A DNA stretch of 64,000 nt from Escherichia coli (lineage in GTDB: Bacteria; Pseudomonadota; Gammaproteobacteria; Enterobacterales; Enterobacteriaceae), in assembly GCF_013122565.1 (NCBI RefSeq), contig NZ_CP053258.1; one strand, 5' to 3'. This document shows positions 1-10,108 of the stretch, piece after piece (position 1 is the first letter of the stretch; each line of letters begins with the position of its first letter). The notes under the pieces are model-generated. The model was not told the DNA's origin. It saw only the letters and a list, made by a program, of their open reading frames with translations, and ran no database searches. The position numbers and the translations under genes were made by a program.

Positions 1-1051
1 CAATTAATTTAAATCTTATTATTTGATTAACAAAGCATCATCATTACTGCATCTTATTCTCTATATCTTTTACGTCGGGGTAGATTCTTTATGGTCATTA
101 CGGGCAGGCGACATTTCATTATATTACCATTTGCATTCACGCTTGTAACCCTTAAGAGTTATATAAAAAGGAAAGAGTTCTTGCTCATGGTATTACTGAG
201 ATCGGATTAACCATGAGGTTAGCTATATAGAGAGCTTTGGCTTTGCGACAATTGGCTTAAGCAGCCACATTATGCCTGGCTTATCGTTGAAAGGGAGAAA
301 GAAGAGCAAAACGGTTTGGCAAGCTTTCATTCCCATCTAATAGCAATCACCGCTATACATCATCCCTTAACGTATTCTGGTCTTCATAAAAATGTTATTC
401 TAAATTAAAGATTGTAATGATTTTAATAATGTTGTTATTATTTTGCAACAAATCAATATAACACAATGATTATTCGCGATTTTTTATTAGTTAAGAGGAA
501 TTGTTTTTACAGATTGCGCTACAATTCCGCTCATTTCTCACCACAGGAAAAGCTGAAGTAATCTTAAATGACTGTATTAACCCTTTTCTCCGCTGCCAGC
601 ACTCTTAAATATCGTTGTTTTATTCTTATAAAAACGGCTTTTTTGACATAAAAAGTAATAGGTTCAGCCATTATGCAGAATTTACAACCTGAGAAAATCG
701 CAAAAAACACTCTTATTCAGAATAAAACTCTGTTTATCATCTTTCGGTAAGCATTAAATTACTATATTACCGTTCAACATGAGTATGAATGAAAATTCAG
801 TTGTTATACATGTGATGAATGTCATATATTGTGCTCATCGATTGCAGGACATCGCTATTCTTTTAGAGATACAGATATCACGCTGTTACTCTCTAATATA
901 AAGAACACGCAAAGATTAGTTGTGTTACTGCAGTTGTTATGTCGCATATGGAATGCCCATTGTTACATCTTTAGTAAAAAGCTTTATTCACTTTCAAAAT
1001 TTTTACTCCATGAAGATAGGCTGTTTTGCTGCAAGCAATTGAGTTAGTGCA

Positions 1052-1675
1052 ATGAACAAGAACTTACTAACAAGGGTAATTATCATTTCGGATGATCTAT
1101 ATTACCTTCAGGGATTAAGTGCAAAACTAGGTCACCATTATCGTTTTTTTATTGAGTGTTTTTTTTGTTCTCAAAATGCATGCAATAATGACCTAAGTAC
1201 ACTTAGATTTGACAACCGCTTTACAAAAAACGTACTTCTTGTCGCAGTGGATGACGTAAGTATACTTGCAAAACTGCCAGATTTGGCCAGGTTTTTAATG
1301 ATTGTTTCACTAAGAAAGATGAAAAACAGAAATATCTTCTTTTCACTTTCAGAGCAAACATTCATTAGCCGATATATAAAATTGAATAAACTCATTACTT
1401 TGATTAAAAGTACTGATAAAGACCAGCAAGTCAGGCAGGTGACTCTGACAAGGTATGAGTGGGATATCTATTACTTATTTTTTAAGATAGATAACAAAAG
1501 AATATTGCACACCCTGCTAAAAAAGGATGTCAAGTATATTAGTCACTATAAAATATCAGTTTTTAATAAGTTTGAAATTGCTTGTGATAGTGATGGCTTT
1601 TACATTTTCAAGGCACTTATACAGTTAAGGAGATTTACCCGTTTTAAAAACGTCAGATTGTATCAATTGCATTAA
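1052..1675 (+). CDS. Putative LuxR-family (FimZ/EcpR-like) transcriptional regulator immediately upstream of the fimbrial operon; the receiver-like N-terminus appears degenerate
   Basis: 207-aa ORF. C-terminal segment LTRYEWDIYYLF...KDVKYISHYKISVFNKF resembles a LuxR/FixJ-type HTH. Very AT-rich codon usage. Position directly 5' of the fimbrial major subunit gene. No similarity search was run. Confidence 0.45.
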   Translation: MNKNLLTRVIIISDDLYYLQGLSAKLGHHYRFFIECFFCSQNACNNDLSTLRFDNRFTKNVLLVAVDDVSILAKLPDLARFLMIVSLRKMKNRNIFFSLSEQTFISRYIKLNKLITLIKSTDKDQQVRQVTLTRYEWDIYYLFFKIDNKRILHTLLKKDVKYISHYKISVFNKFEIACDSDGFYIFKALIQLRRFTRFKNVRLYQLH

Positions 1676-1717
1676 TTAACTCGTTCTATATTAACTCTAA
1701 ATTTCAAGGATATTAAT

Positions 1718-2278
1718 ATGTTTTCTACTTTCAAAAAAGCAGCTCTGCTGGCAGCTATTGCATTACCTTTTTCAACTATGGCTGCGCCTACAGTCACTTT
1801 TCAGGGTGAAGTAACCGATCAGACCTGTTCCGTAAATATCAACGGTCAAACCAATTCAGTAGTATTGATGCCGACCGTAGCCATGGCTGACTTCGGTGCA
1901 ACTTTAGCTGATGGTCAGAGCGCAGGCCTGACGCCGTTTACGGTTTCTGTGTCTAACTGCCAGGCTCCAACTGGTACAGATCAGGCAATCAACACCACCT
2001 TCCTGGGCTACGACGTTGACGCTAGCACGGGTGTTATGGGAAACCGTGATACCAGCAGCGATGCGGCGAAAGGCTTTGGCATTCAGTTAATGGATTCCAG
2101 CACTTCTGGTAACCCAATAACTCTGGCTGGCGCGACTAACGTACCGGGTCTGACCCTGAAAGTTGGCGATACCGAAGCCAGCTACGACTTCGGTGCGCGT
2201 TACTTCGTTATCGATAGCGCTGCTGCCACTGCCGGTAAAATTACCGCTGTCGCAGAATACACCCTGAGCTACCTCTAA
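1718..2278 (+). CDS. Fimbrial major subunit (type-1/FimA-like pilin) of a chaperone-usher pilus
   Basis: 186 aa with an N-terminal signal peptide (MFSTFKKAALLAAIALPFSTMAA). FimA-like mature N-terminus TVTFQGEVTDQTCSV and a second Cys forming the conserved pilin pair. C-terminal beta strand ending AVAEYTLSYL. Confidence 0.8.
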   Translation: MFSTFKKAALLAAIALPFSTMAAPTVTFQGEVTDQTCSVNINGQTNSVVLMPTVAMADFGATLADGQSAGLTPFTVSVSNCQAPTGTDQAINTTFLGYDVDASTGVMGNRDTSSDAAKGFGIQLMDSSTSGNPITLAGATNVPGLTLKVGDTEASYDFGARYFVIDSAAATAGKITAVAEYTLSYL

Positions 2279-2342
2279 TTAATCTACTGGCTGGCAGTAA
2301 ATGTCAGCCAGTATTTCTTTGCACAATTAATAGTGATTTTTC

Positions 2343-3065
2343 ATGGACATGGAAAAGATAAGAATGAACATTTTTGCATATTTACTGGTACTTGTATTTT
2401 CCATGAGCATGAGCAGCAGCGCGTTTGCCAGCGTGGTAATGACCGGAACCCGTATTATTTTCCCTGGTGACGCAAAGGAAAAAACCATCCAGTTGCGAAA
2501 TACCAGCGATCAGCCCTATATCATTAATATCCATGTTGAGGATGAACGTGGTTCTGACAAGAATATACCGTTTATGCCAACCCCGCAGACATTTCGCATG
2601 GAAGCTGCCGCAGGTCAGGCGTTACGCCTGCTCTACACTGGTGATAATTTACCGCAGGATCGCGAGTCTGTTTTCTGGTTTAGTTTCAGTCAACTACCTT
2701 ATCTGAATAAGAACGATAAAAGTCAGAACCAGCTCATCCTGGCCCTGACTAATCGAGTCAAAATTTTCTATCGTCCCAGCTCAATTGTCGGTAAATCCAG
2801 TGACGCGCCAAAAAACCTGACTTACCAAGTAAAACAGAACCGCATTGAAGTGACGAATCCCACGGGCTATTACGTCGTGATTCGCGCCGCTGAACTGCTT
2901 AATAACGGTAAAAAAGTCCCCCTCGCGAATTCCGTCATGATTGCTCCTCAAGGCAAAACTGAATGGACACTACGCACTGGCATCAGCGTCGCTCCCGGTG
3001 CGCAGATTCATTTAGTGACCGTCAATGACTATGGCGTAAATGTCACGTCTGAGCATGCCTTATAA
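2343..3065 (+). CDS. Periplasmic fimbrial chaperone (PapD/FimC family)
   Basis: 240-aa ORF containing a signal peptide and PapD-like motifs (RIIFPGDAKE..., LPQDRESVFWFSF, RVKIFYRP). The true start may be an internal Met (MNIFAYLL...). Confidence 0.85.
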   Translation: MDMEKIRMNIFAYLLVLVFSMSMSSSAFASVVMTGTRIIFPGDAKEKTIQLRNTSDQPYIINIHVEDERGSDKNIPFMPTPQTFRMEAAAGQALRLLYTGDNLPQDRESVFWFSFSQLPYLNKNDKSQNQLILALTNRVKIFYRPSSIVGKSSDAPKNLTYQVKQNRIEVTNPTGYYVVIRAAELLNNGKKVPLANSVMIAPQGKTEWTLRTGISVAPGAQIHLVTVNDYGVNVTSEHAL

Positions 3066-3117
3066 GCTCTTTCCCCTTTTTTGAGCGGTATCCTTTTTCA
3101 CGCACGAGTATGTCGAG

Positions 3118-5640
3118 ATGAATAAATCCGTTGTGTCAATTTCTGCGGCAATATTGGTTTTACTCTGCCAGCCGGTTATGGGGAAAGAAATCTCACCCGC
3201 TACACCGTCAGATGAAGATAACTACACCTTTGACCCGCAACTCTTTCGCGGCAGCAGATTTAGTCAGTCGTCATTGGCAAAACTGACAACTCGTGAGTCT
3301 GTTGCACCGGGTAATTATAAAATGGATATCTACACCAATAATAAGTTGTCAGGCAGTTGGAATGTCACGTTCAAAGAAGCCGCTGATGGTCGCGTTCTGC
3401 CCTGCCTGACGCCTGAAGTCGCGGACGCGATAGGCCTCAAAACAGGGGAAGATAAGGGTGAAAAAGATCCGGTCTGTACCTTTGCTCAGGAACTCGCTCC
3501 CGGCATCACCAGCCAGACACAGTTGTCACAACTACGCCTTGACTTGTCGGTGCCTCAGAGTCAAATGATTAGTCGCCCTCGCGGCTATGTCCCCCCCAGC
3601 GAGCTGGATACCGGAGCATCGCTGGCGTTCATGAATTATATTGCCAACTATTACAACGTTGCCTATTCAGGGCAGAATGCTCATAGCCAGCGTTCGCTAT
3701 GGGCATCATTTAATGGTGGCATCAACCTTGGTGCCTGGCAATATCGTCAGTTATCCAACATGACCTGGGATAATGACAAAGGGAATCAGTGGAACAATAT
3801 TCGTAGCTATTTGCAACGCCCGCTGCCCGCCATAAATAGCCAGTTAATGATGGGGCAGCTTATCACCAGCGGAAGATTTTTCTCTGGACTCAGTTATCAC
3901 GGCGTTAGTCTCGCGACCGATGAACGTATGCTGCCGGACTCCATGCGCGGCTATGCGCCGACTATTCGCGGCGTGGCCGCAACAAACGCCAGAGTCTCGG
4001 TAATGCAAAACGGTCATGAAATATATCAGACCACCGTGGCTCCTGGCCCTTTCGAGATAAACGACCTATACCCCACCAGCTACAGCGGCGATCTGGATGT
4101 CACCGTTACGGAAGCTAACGGCGCAGTCAGTCGTTTCAGTGTCCCCTTTTCAGCCGTACCAGAATCGATGCGTCCAGGAACTTCCCGTTATAACGTGGAA
4201 GTAGGTAAAACGCAGGATAGTGGTGATGACTCGATGTTTGGTGACCTTACCTGGCAGCACGGGATGACTAATACGCTGACATTTAACAGTGGTTCGCGTA
4301 TCGCTGATGGCTACCAGGCGCTGATGCTGGGCGGAGTCTATGGCAGTTCGCTGGGGGCATTTGGGGCAAACCTCACTTGGTCCCATGCGCGTGTTCCCGA
4401 AAGCGAAGCGCAGAGTGGTTGGATGTCGCAATTAACCTGGAGTAAAACTTTCCAGCCTACTTCAACCACCGTCTCCCTGGCAGGTTATCGATACTCTACC
4501 AGCGGCTATCGTGATCTGGCTGATGTGCTGGGAGAGCGTCATGCTGCCAGCAATAAACAGTCATGGGACTCCAGCCAGTGGCGTCAACAGTCGCGCTTCG
4601 ATCTTACGTTAAGTCAGAGCCTTGCGAATTACGGCAACCTGTTTGTGTCAGGTTCAACACAGAACTACCGTGGCGGCAAAAGCCGTGATACACAGCTTCA
4701 GTTAGGTTACAGCAATAGCTTTAGCCATGGCATCAGTATGAACCTTTCCGTCGGACGCCAAAGAATGGGCGGCTATAAAGACAATTCTGATGATATGCAG
4801 ACGGTAACATCCCTTTCATTCTCATTCCCACTTGGCGGCAATGGACCTCGTGTACCAAGTCTTAGCAACAGCTGGACCCATTCAACTGACGGTAGCTCGC
4901 AATTACAAAGCTCGCTAACCGGAATGCTTGATGAAGCACAGACCACCAACTACAGCCTGAACGTCATGCGCGATCAACAATATAAGCAGACGACGCTTAG
5001 CGGAAACATGCAAAAACGTTTTTCACAAACTACCGTCGGATTGAACGCATCGAAGGGCCAGGATTACTGGCAGGCTTCAGGTAACGTACAAGGCGCGATG
5101 GCTGTGCATGGTGGCGGCATTACTTTCGGACCTTATCTGGGTGAAACGTTCGCCCTGGTCGAAGCTAAAGGCGCAGAAGGTGCAAAAGTCTATAACTCCA
5201 GTCAGCTGGAAATTAATGACAGTGGCTATGCGCTTGTTCCGGCAGTAACGCCCTATCGATACAACCGTATATCTCTCGATCCACAAGGAATGGATGGCGA
5301 TGCCGAGTTGGTCGACAGTGAAAGACAGGTAGCACCGGTTGCAGGTGCGGCGGTGAAAGTAATTTTCCGTACCCGTCCTGGTAAAGCGTTGCTGATTAAA
5401 TCCCGCATGGCAGATGGTTCGGAACTGCCAATGGGAGCCGATGTGCTGGATGAGAATAATACAGTCGTCGGTATAGCCGGTCAGGGGGGGCAAATTTACC
5501 TCCGCACAGAACAGACAAAAGGCCACTTGTCAGTTCGCTGGGGTGAAGGTGCTAACGATAGCTGCCAATTGCCCTTTGATATCAGCGGGAAGGACAGCAA
5601 TAGCCCTATCATCCGCCTGAATGAAACCTGTCAGTCTTGA
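3118..5640 (+). CDS. Outer-membrane fimbrial usher (FimD/PapC family)
   Basis: 840 aa with a signal peptide, of typical usher size, placed between a chaperone gene and an adhesin gene. Gln/Ser/Asn-rich beta-barrel composition. Confidence 0.9.
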   Translation: MNKSVVSISAAILVLLCQPVMGKEISPATPSDEDNYTFDPQLFRGSRFSQSSLAKLTTRESVAPGNYKMDIYTNNKLSGSWNVTFKEAADGRVLPCLTPEVADAIGLKTGEDKGEKDPVCTFAQELAPGITSQTQLSQLRLDLSVPQSQMISRPRGYVPPSELDTGASLAFMNYIANYYNVAYSGQNAHSQRSLWASFNGGINLGAWQYRQLSNMTWDNDKGNQWNNIRSYLQRPLPAINSQLMMGQLITSGRFFSGLSYHGVSLATDERMLPDSMRGYAPTIRGVAATNARVSVMQNGHEIYQTTVAPGPFEINDLYPTSYSGDLDVTVTEANGAVSRFSVPFSAVPESMRPGTSRYNVEVGKTQDSGDDSMFGDLTWQHGMTNTLTFNSGSRIADGYQALMLGGVYGSSLGAFGANLTWSHARVPESEAQSGWMSQLTWSKTFQPTSTTVSLAGYRYSTSGYRDLADVLGERHAASNKQSWDSSQWRQQSRFDLTLSQSLANYGNLFVSGSTQNYRGGKSRDTQLQLGYSNSFSHGISMNLSVGRQRMGGYKDNSDDMQTVTSLSFSFPLGGNGPRVPSLSNSWTHSTDGSSQLQSSLTGMLDEAQTTNYSLNVMRDQQYKQTTLSGNMQKRFSQTTVGLNASKGQDYWQASGNVQGAMAVHGGGITFGPYLGETFALVEAKGAEGAKVYNSSQLEINDSGYALVPAVTPYRYNRISLDPQGMDGDAELVDSERQVAPVAGAAVKVIFRTRPGKALLIKSRMADGSELPMGADVLDENNTVVGIAGQGGQIYLRTEQTKGHLSVRWGEGANDSCQLPFDISGKDSNSPIIRLNETCQS

Positions 5641-5655
5641 TACAGAGAAAACCCG

Positions 5656-6990
5656 ATGTCTAAATCGACTTTATTACACATTCTGATTAGCTCCATCATA
5701 TTGGTGGCACTAATACAATCATCCGCTTGGGCTAACTGTACAAACACACAGATAGGTCAAACTGAAGATGGTCGGACAGCGCTTATTGAGTTCGGAAAAA
5801 TTAATATGACCGACACCTATTTTGCGCCAGCAGGTTCACTCCTCGCGACAACGGTCGTACCTCCCACTAACTACACATCAGGTGGCGCGACAGGAAGCTC
5901 AGTATTGTGGGAATGTGATGCAACAGATTTGCCAAACATCTATTTTCTGGTCGCTACCAATGGCGACGACCGCGTGGGGGGCTTTTACGATGCAGGCGGG
6001 CCTGATGGTCTGAGTGATGTCTATGCCACCTGGTTCGCTTTTGTCGGTCTCAAGCAGACCATGGCGGGCGTGACGCTTGGTCGTTACTGGAAGAAAGTGC
6101 CCATCACCAGTTATGCCACTCAGGGAACTAAAATCCAGATTCGCTTACAGGATATCCCTCCTCTTCATGCTGAGCTTTATCGCATCAGTACGCTACCTGA
6201 TACATCAGCAACAACAAGTTGGTGCGGTAATAATAATACAGATGGTAGTGGAGTCGGATTCGCAAAACCTTCCGGTACAATCTATAACTGTGTTCAGCCC
6301 AATGCCTATATTCAGCTTTCCGGTACCAGCGGCATTTTATTTGGTCATGATGAGCCCGGCGAAGATAGTTCTGTTCATTGGGATTTCTGGGGTGCTGATA
6401 ATGGTTTTGGTTACGGAATGCGTTCGGCCAATCGACTCTACAACAATGCCACCTGCGTTGCCCGCAGCGCCACGCCGTTAGTATTGCTGCCGACAATTGC
6501 AGAAGCACAACTGAATGCGGGCATGGAAAGTACCGGTAATTTTAATGTCCGCGTCGAGTGTAGTAACTCGGTTCAATCAGGGATTAGCGATACTCAGACA
6601 GCATTAGGAATCCAGGTGTCTGAAGGTGCATATACAGCGGCGCAAAAACTGGGGATTATCAATAGCAACGGCGGCGTCAGCGCCCTGGTCTCTGATAATT
6701 ATGACGCAGCAGAGATGGCAAAGGGCGTTGGGATCTACATTTCTAACAGTGCTCACCCCGATACGGCGATGACGCTGGTTGGTCAACCGGGCATCGCGAA
6801 GTTAACCCCCGGAGGAAATGCAGCGGGGTGGTATCCTGTATTTGAAGGGGCAACATTAGAAGGTGCGACTCACCCCGGATACTCCAGCTATAGTTACTCT
6901 TTTATCGCCCGGTTGAAGAAACTGCCAAATCAGACAGTCAGTGCGGGAAAAGTGCGGGCAACGGCTTATATATTGGTGAAAATGCAATGA
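5656..6990 (+). CDS. Putative fimbrial tip adhesin (two-domain: N-terminal lectin-like domain plus C-terminal pilin domain)
   Basis: 444 aa with a signal peptide (MSKSTLLHILISSIILVALIQSSAWA) and several Cys pairs. Pilin-like C-terminus ...VRATAYILVKMQ. Located after the usher; its stop overlaps the downstream chaperone start (ATGA). Confidence 0.6.
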   Translation: MSKSTLLHILISSIILVALIQSSAWANCTNTQIGQTEDGRTALIEFGKINMTDTYFAPAGSLLATTVVPPTNYTSGGATGSSVLWECDATDLPNIYFLVATNGDDRVGGFYDAGGPDGLSDVYATWFAFVGLKQTMAGVTLGRYWKKVPITSYATQGTKIQIRLQDIPPLHAELYRISTLPDTSATTSWCGNNNTDGSGVGFAKPSGTIYNCVQPNAYIQLSGTSGILFGHDEPGEDSSVHWDFWGADNGFGYGMRSANRLYNNATCVARSATPLVLLPTIAEAQLNAGMESTGNFNVRVECSNSVQSGISDTQTALGIQVSEGAYTAAQKLGIINSNGGVSALVSDNYDAAEMAKGVGIYISNSAHPDTAMTLVGQPGIAKLTPGGNAAGWYPVFEGATLEGATHPGYSSYSYSFIARLKKLPNQTVSAGKVRATAYILVKMQ

Positions 6991-7676
6991 AATCCGTTTT
7001 GCTCCTCTTAACCGTCTTGTTCGTACAGTCAGTGGAAGCCGGCATCATGCCGGCTTCTTCACGGATTATTTATCGCGATGGCGATCGGGAAAAGACACTG
7101 ATGCTGGTCAATACCAATGACTATCCGGTACTGGTGCAAAGTTGGGTAGATAATGGTGAAGGTTCCCCAGAATCTGCTTCTCCCCCCTTTGTGGTGCTGC
7201 CACCGGTTTTCCGCCTGGCTGCGAGACGAACCCAGGGGTTGCGGATTATCTATAATCATGACCCACTTCCCCAGGATCGCGAATCTGCATTCTGGTTAAA
7301 TCTTTATGAAATGCCGCCAGAAACTCCCCATCAAGATCCCACACATTTAACGCTGGCAATGAATACGCAACTTAAAATCTTTTACAGGCCAAAATCTGTA
7401 ACTATGACGCCCCAAGAAGCTATGCGTAAAATAAGTTGGCATCTGGGTAACGACGGCAGCAGTAGCTATATTGAGCTTAATAACCCAACACCACTGAATA
7501 TCTCTTTCACCTCCATCAGCATTGGGGCTACAAAGGTGCAGCAAGAAAGCGATATGATGATAAAACCCTTCAGTCAACGACGGTACTGGTTAGCAAGTAA
7601 TAACGTTAGTGGTGTGGTTGCGGCGACATATCTCGATGATAATGGTGCACAGATAAAACAACAATTAGCGCAATAA
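6987..7676 (+). CDS. Second periplasmic fimbrial chaperone (PapD-like)
   Basis: 229 aa with a signal peptide and the motifs RIIYRDGDREKTLMLVN, LPQDRESAFWLN and LKIFYRPKS. Start codon overlaps the adhesin stop codon, suggesting translational coupling. Confidence 0.8.
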   Translation: MKSVLLLLTVLFVQSVEAGIMPASSRIIYRDGDREKTLMLVNTNDYPVLVQSWVDNGEGSPESASPPFVVLPPVFRLAARRTQGLRIIYNHDPLPQDRESAFWLNLYEMPPETPHQDPTHLTLAMNTQLKIFYRPKSVTMTPQEAMRKISWHLGNDGSSSYIELNNPTPLNISFTSISIGATKVQQESDMMIKPFSQRRYWLASNNVSGVVAATYLDDNGAQIKQQLAQ

Positions 7677-7821
7677 TGCTCTGAGTGGTATGTAAACTCA
7701 TCGCGATGGTTCAACGCTAACGAATAACCACTATACCCACCTGAAGTACCGGAAGTGGAGAAATGACAACATCTCTCCACTCCATTTTCCAGTCAAAACA
7801 CCTCAACGCAGCCAAAAATCG

Positions 7822-8613
7822 TTAACGAATTGAATATCCACCATCAATGACTAATAGTTGTCCATTGACATAATCTGAAGCGGCACTGGCGAGGAACACC
7901 ATTGCGCCCATAAGATCCTGTGCCCTTCCCCAGCGTTGAGCCGGTATACGCCCTTTTATTAACTCTTTTATTTTAGGGTTATTATAAATAATAGCGGTCA
8001 TTTCACTCACATAATATCCTGGGGCGATACCATTAATCTGAATATTATATTCCGCAAAATCATCGGCATACGCTTTGGTCAGCCCCGCTAAAGCATGTTT
8101 AGTCGCCGCATACCCTGGCGACCAACGTCCCCCATGAAATGACAATACGGAACACATATTAATAATTTTCCCTTTTCTTTGCGGGACAAATATATTCAAT
8201 GCGGCCTGGCTCATATCGAATGCAGCATTCAGGTTGAGATTAATCATCGGATCCCAGTCGTTTCGATTGAAATCGATAGGACGATTAAAGTTACACACGC
8301 CCGCGTTATTGACCAGAATATCTAACTGACCGAAACGCTCCAGACACCTATTAATAATGGTGCATGCTGCATCAGGTTTTGTTATGTCTATTGTCATAAA
8401 CTCAACTTCAACGCCTTCATGAGTTAAATGCTTTAAATATCTATTATCAGGCTCTTTGATGTCTACCAACAATAGATTAGCCCCTGCTTTGGCCAGAGCC
8501 GAGCATAAGCCTCTCCCCAGCTCACCCGCGGCCCCAGTTACGATGGCCACCTTGTTATGTAATGAAAAAAAATCCAATGAAAAATCTTCAATAGAAAAGC
8601 TCATATCACACAT
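7822..8613 (-). CDS. Short-chain dehydrogenase/reductase, KduD-like (2-dehydro-3-deoxy-D-gluconate 5-dehydrogenase paralog)
   Basis: 263 aa. Rossmann motif VAIVTGAAGELG, NNAG motif, catalytic Y-x3-K (SPGYAATKHA), and a C-terminus ASDYVNGQLLVIDGGYSIR closely resembling KduD. Start may be the Met three codons downstream. Confidence 0.8.
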   Translation of the reverse strand: MCDMSFSIEDFSLDFFSLHNKVAIVTGAAGELGRGLCSALAKAGANLLLVDIKEPDNRYLKHLTHEGVEVEFMTIDITKPDAACTIINRCLERFGQLDILVNNAGVCNFNRPIDFNRNDWDPMINLNLNAAFDMSQAALNIFVPQRKGKIINMCSVLSFHGGRWSPGYAATKHALAGLTKAYADDFAEYNIQINGIAPGYYVSEMTAIIYNNPKIKELIKGRIPAQRWGRAQDLMGAMVFLASAASDYVNGQLLVIDGGYSIR

Positions 8614-9291
8614 TGCTCCTTATGAGTAAGTAATATTTAAGGGATAATTTAAGTAATTTTTAGATTTCAATAAAAAAATATAAACATTAAAACTCAGCAT
8701 GAATAATAAACATCAAATCTTATATACATTTAAGTAGTGATGTATCACGTAAAAATATAGTCATCATAGATGTTATGCAGTACGCACAAAAAAACAGACT
8801 GGATTTGCTTGCTGATCTATAATCTTTATCTAAATTACTATTGGCGCTTTGGATAATAACATAAGCATATATTACCTCCTAGCAATAATAGACATAACCT
8901 CATATCAAGGTGTCACTGGTAAATAATCGGATAAAGGACAGTACCGGTCGGCACATAGAGCTTCTTCTATTTCACCAGAAGTGCACAGCAGGGAACTACC
9001 AATCACACGGTTAGTGTCATGGGTGGAGGATGCGTCCCGTTCTTTCCCAATAACGGGGATACGCAGTTTTTATCAGTACATGCAGAAAAACCCCTAATTC
9101 ACATCACTGCAGAAAGCATTTAATAGAAATATACATCGTTTAAGAATTTCAATTAAATCAAGATTATTCTTAAAAATCAGATAATTCACATTTGCATTTT
9201 TAGGAAATTATACTATAGTGCAATTAATGTTCTTGCCTTTATTTTGTAAGTAATACTGGATTTGTAATACACAACTAAGGTATAAAATGTA

Positions 9292-10104
9292 ATGATCTAC
9301 ATTATAAATGATGAAGTAAGATTCAACTCATCATCTAATAAGTTAACATCACTCCTTACATCAGAGGAAGTGATACTCACTTATCCTGCGGGAAAATGCT
9401 TAAAATTACTTTTAGATAACGCTTATAGTGTCGTATCGCACAATCAATTCTTTGAAAAAGTCTGGAGCGATAGCAGCGCTGAAGTCGCAACCAATACTTT
9501 ATATCAAAACATTTCGATGATAAGACGCTCCTTTCGTGAAATCAGCTCATCGACGATATTTAATGATATTATCAGAACGGTGCCGCGTAAGGGTTTTAAA
9601 ATCAATGAAGAAATCAACATAACTGTTCTCGACAATAATCATACTGAGAATGAAAGTGTTGAGAGTGAAGAGGATGGTACCCACATTGAAAATATAAATA
9701 AAAATCATGTTGCAAAAGATATTTTCACCACAAAGAATACATTACTTATAGTGTACTTTTTTGCGGCATGGGGGATAGTGTATATATCTTCTTATTTTTT
9801 CGATATGGCTTTTCAAAGCAAAGCTCACACTATAAAAAAAACAGATGCTTTCTCAAATTATGCTCAACATCCTACTCAGGAAGGGTGTAGCTATTTCTAT
9901 GACAATATATATTTTAATTCCGTAGACATGTTATCACCGATTATTGAAAAATTGCAGAAAATGGAAATTAACTGCAAAATACATCCTTACATTTACATTG
10001 CAACAAATGATAGCATGAGCGGGTTTTATGCTTTCACCTGTAGTCAGATGTTAAACTCTGAATCACCAAATAATTGTAATTCTCTCTATTATAAAGCGGA
10101 GTAA
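9292..10104 (+). CDS. Membrane-anchored ToxR/CadC/MarT-like transcriptional regulator (N-terminal OmpR-type winged helix, one TM segment, Cys-containing periplasmic domain); resembles E. coli YqeI
   Basis: 270 aa. Winged-helix signature ...FFEKVWSDSSAEVATNTLYQNISMIRRSF...IIRTVPRKGFKI. Acidic linker followed by a hydrophobic segment NTLLIVYFFAAWGIVYISSYFF. About 100-aa C-terminal domain with four or more Cys. A GG-containing RBS-like motif lies upstream of the ATG. Confidence 0.7.
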   Translation: MIYIINDEVRFNSSSNKLTSLLTSEEVILTYPAGKCLKLLLDNAYSVVSHNQFFEKVWSDSSAEVATNTLYQNISMIRRSFREISSSTIFNDIIRTVPRKGFKINEEINITVLDNNHTENESVESEEDGTHIENINKNHVAKDIFTTKNTLLIVYFFAAWGIVYISSYFFDMAFQSKAHTIKKTDAFSNYAQHPTQEGCSYFYDNIYFNSVDMLSPIIEKLQKMEINCKIHPYIYIATNDSMSGFYAFTCSQMLNSESPNNCNSLYYKAE

Positions 10105-10108
10105 TCAT

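Noticed and set aside
829-1047. 72-codon ORF in the AT-rich upstream region
   Set aside because: No SD sequence, no recognisable motif and atypical composition; more likely non-coding regulatory DNA.
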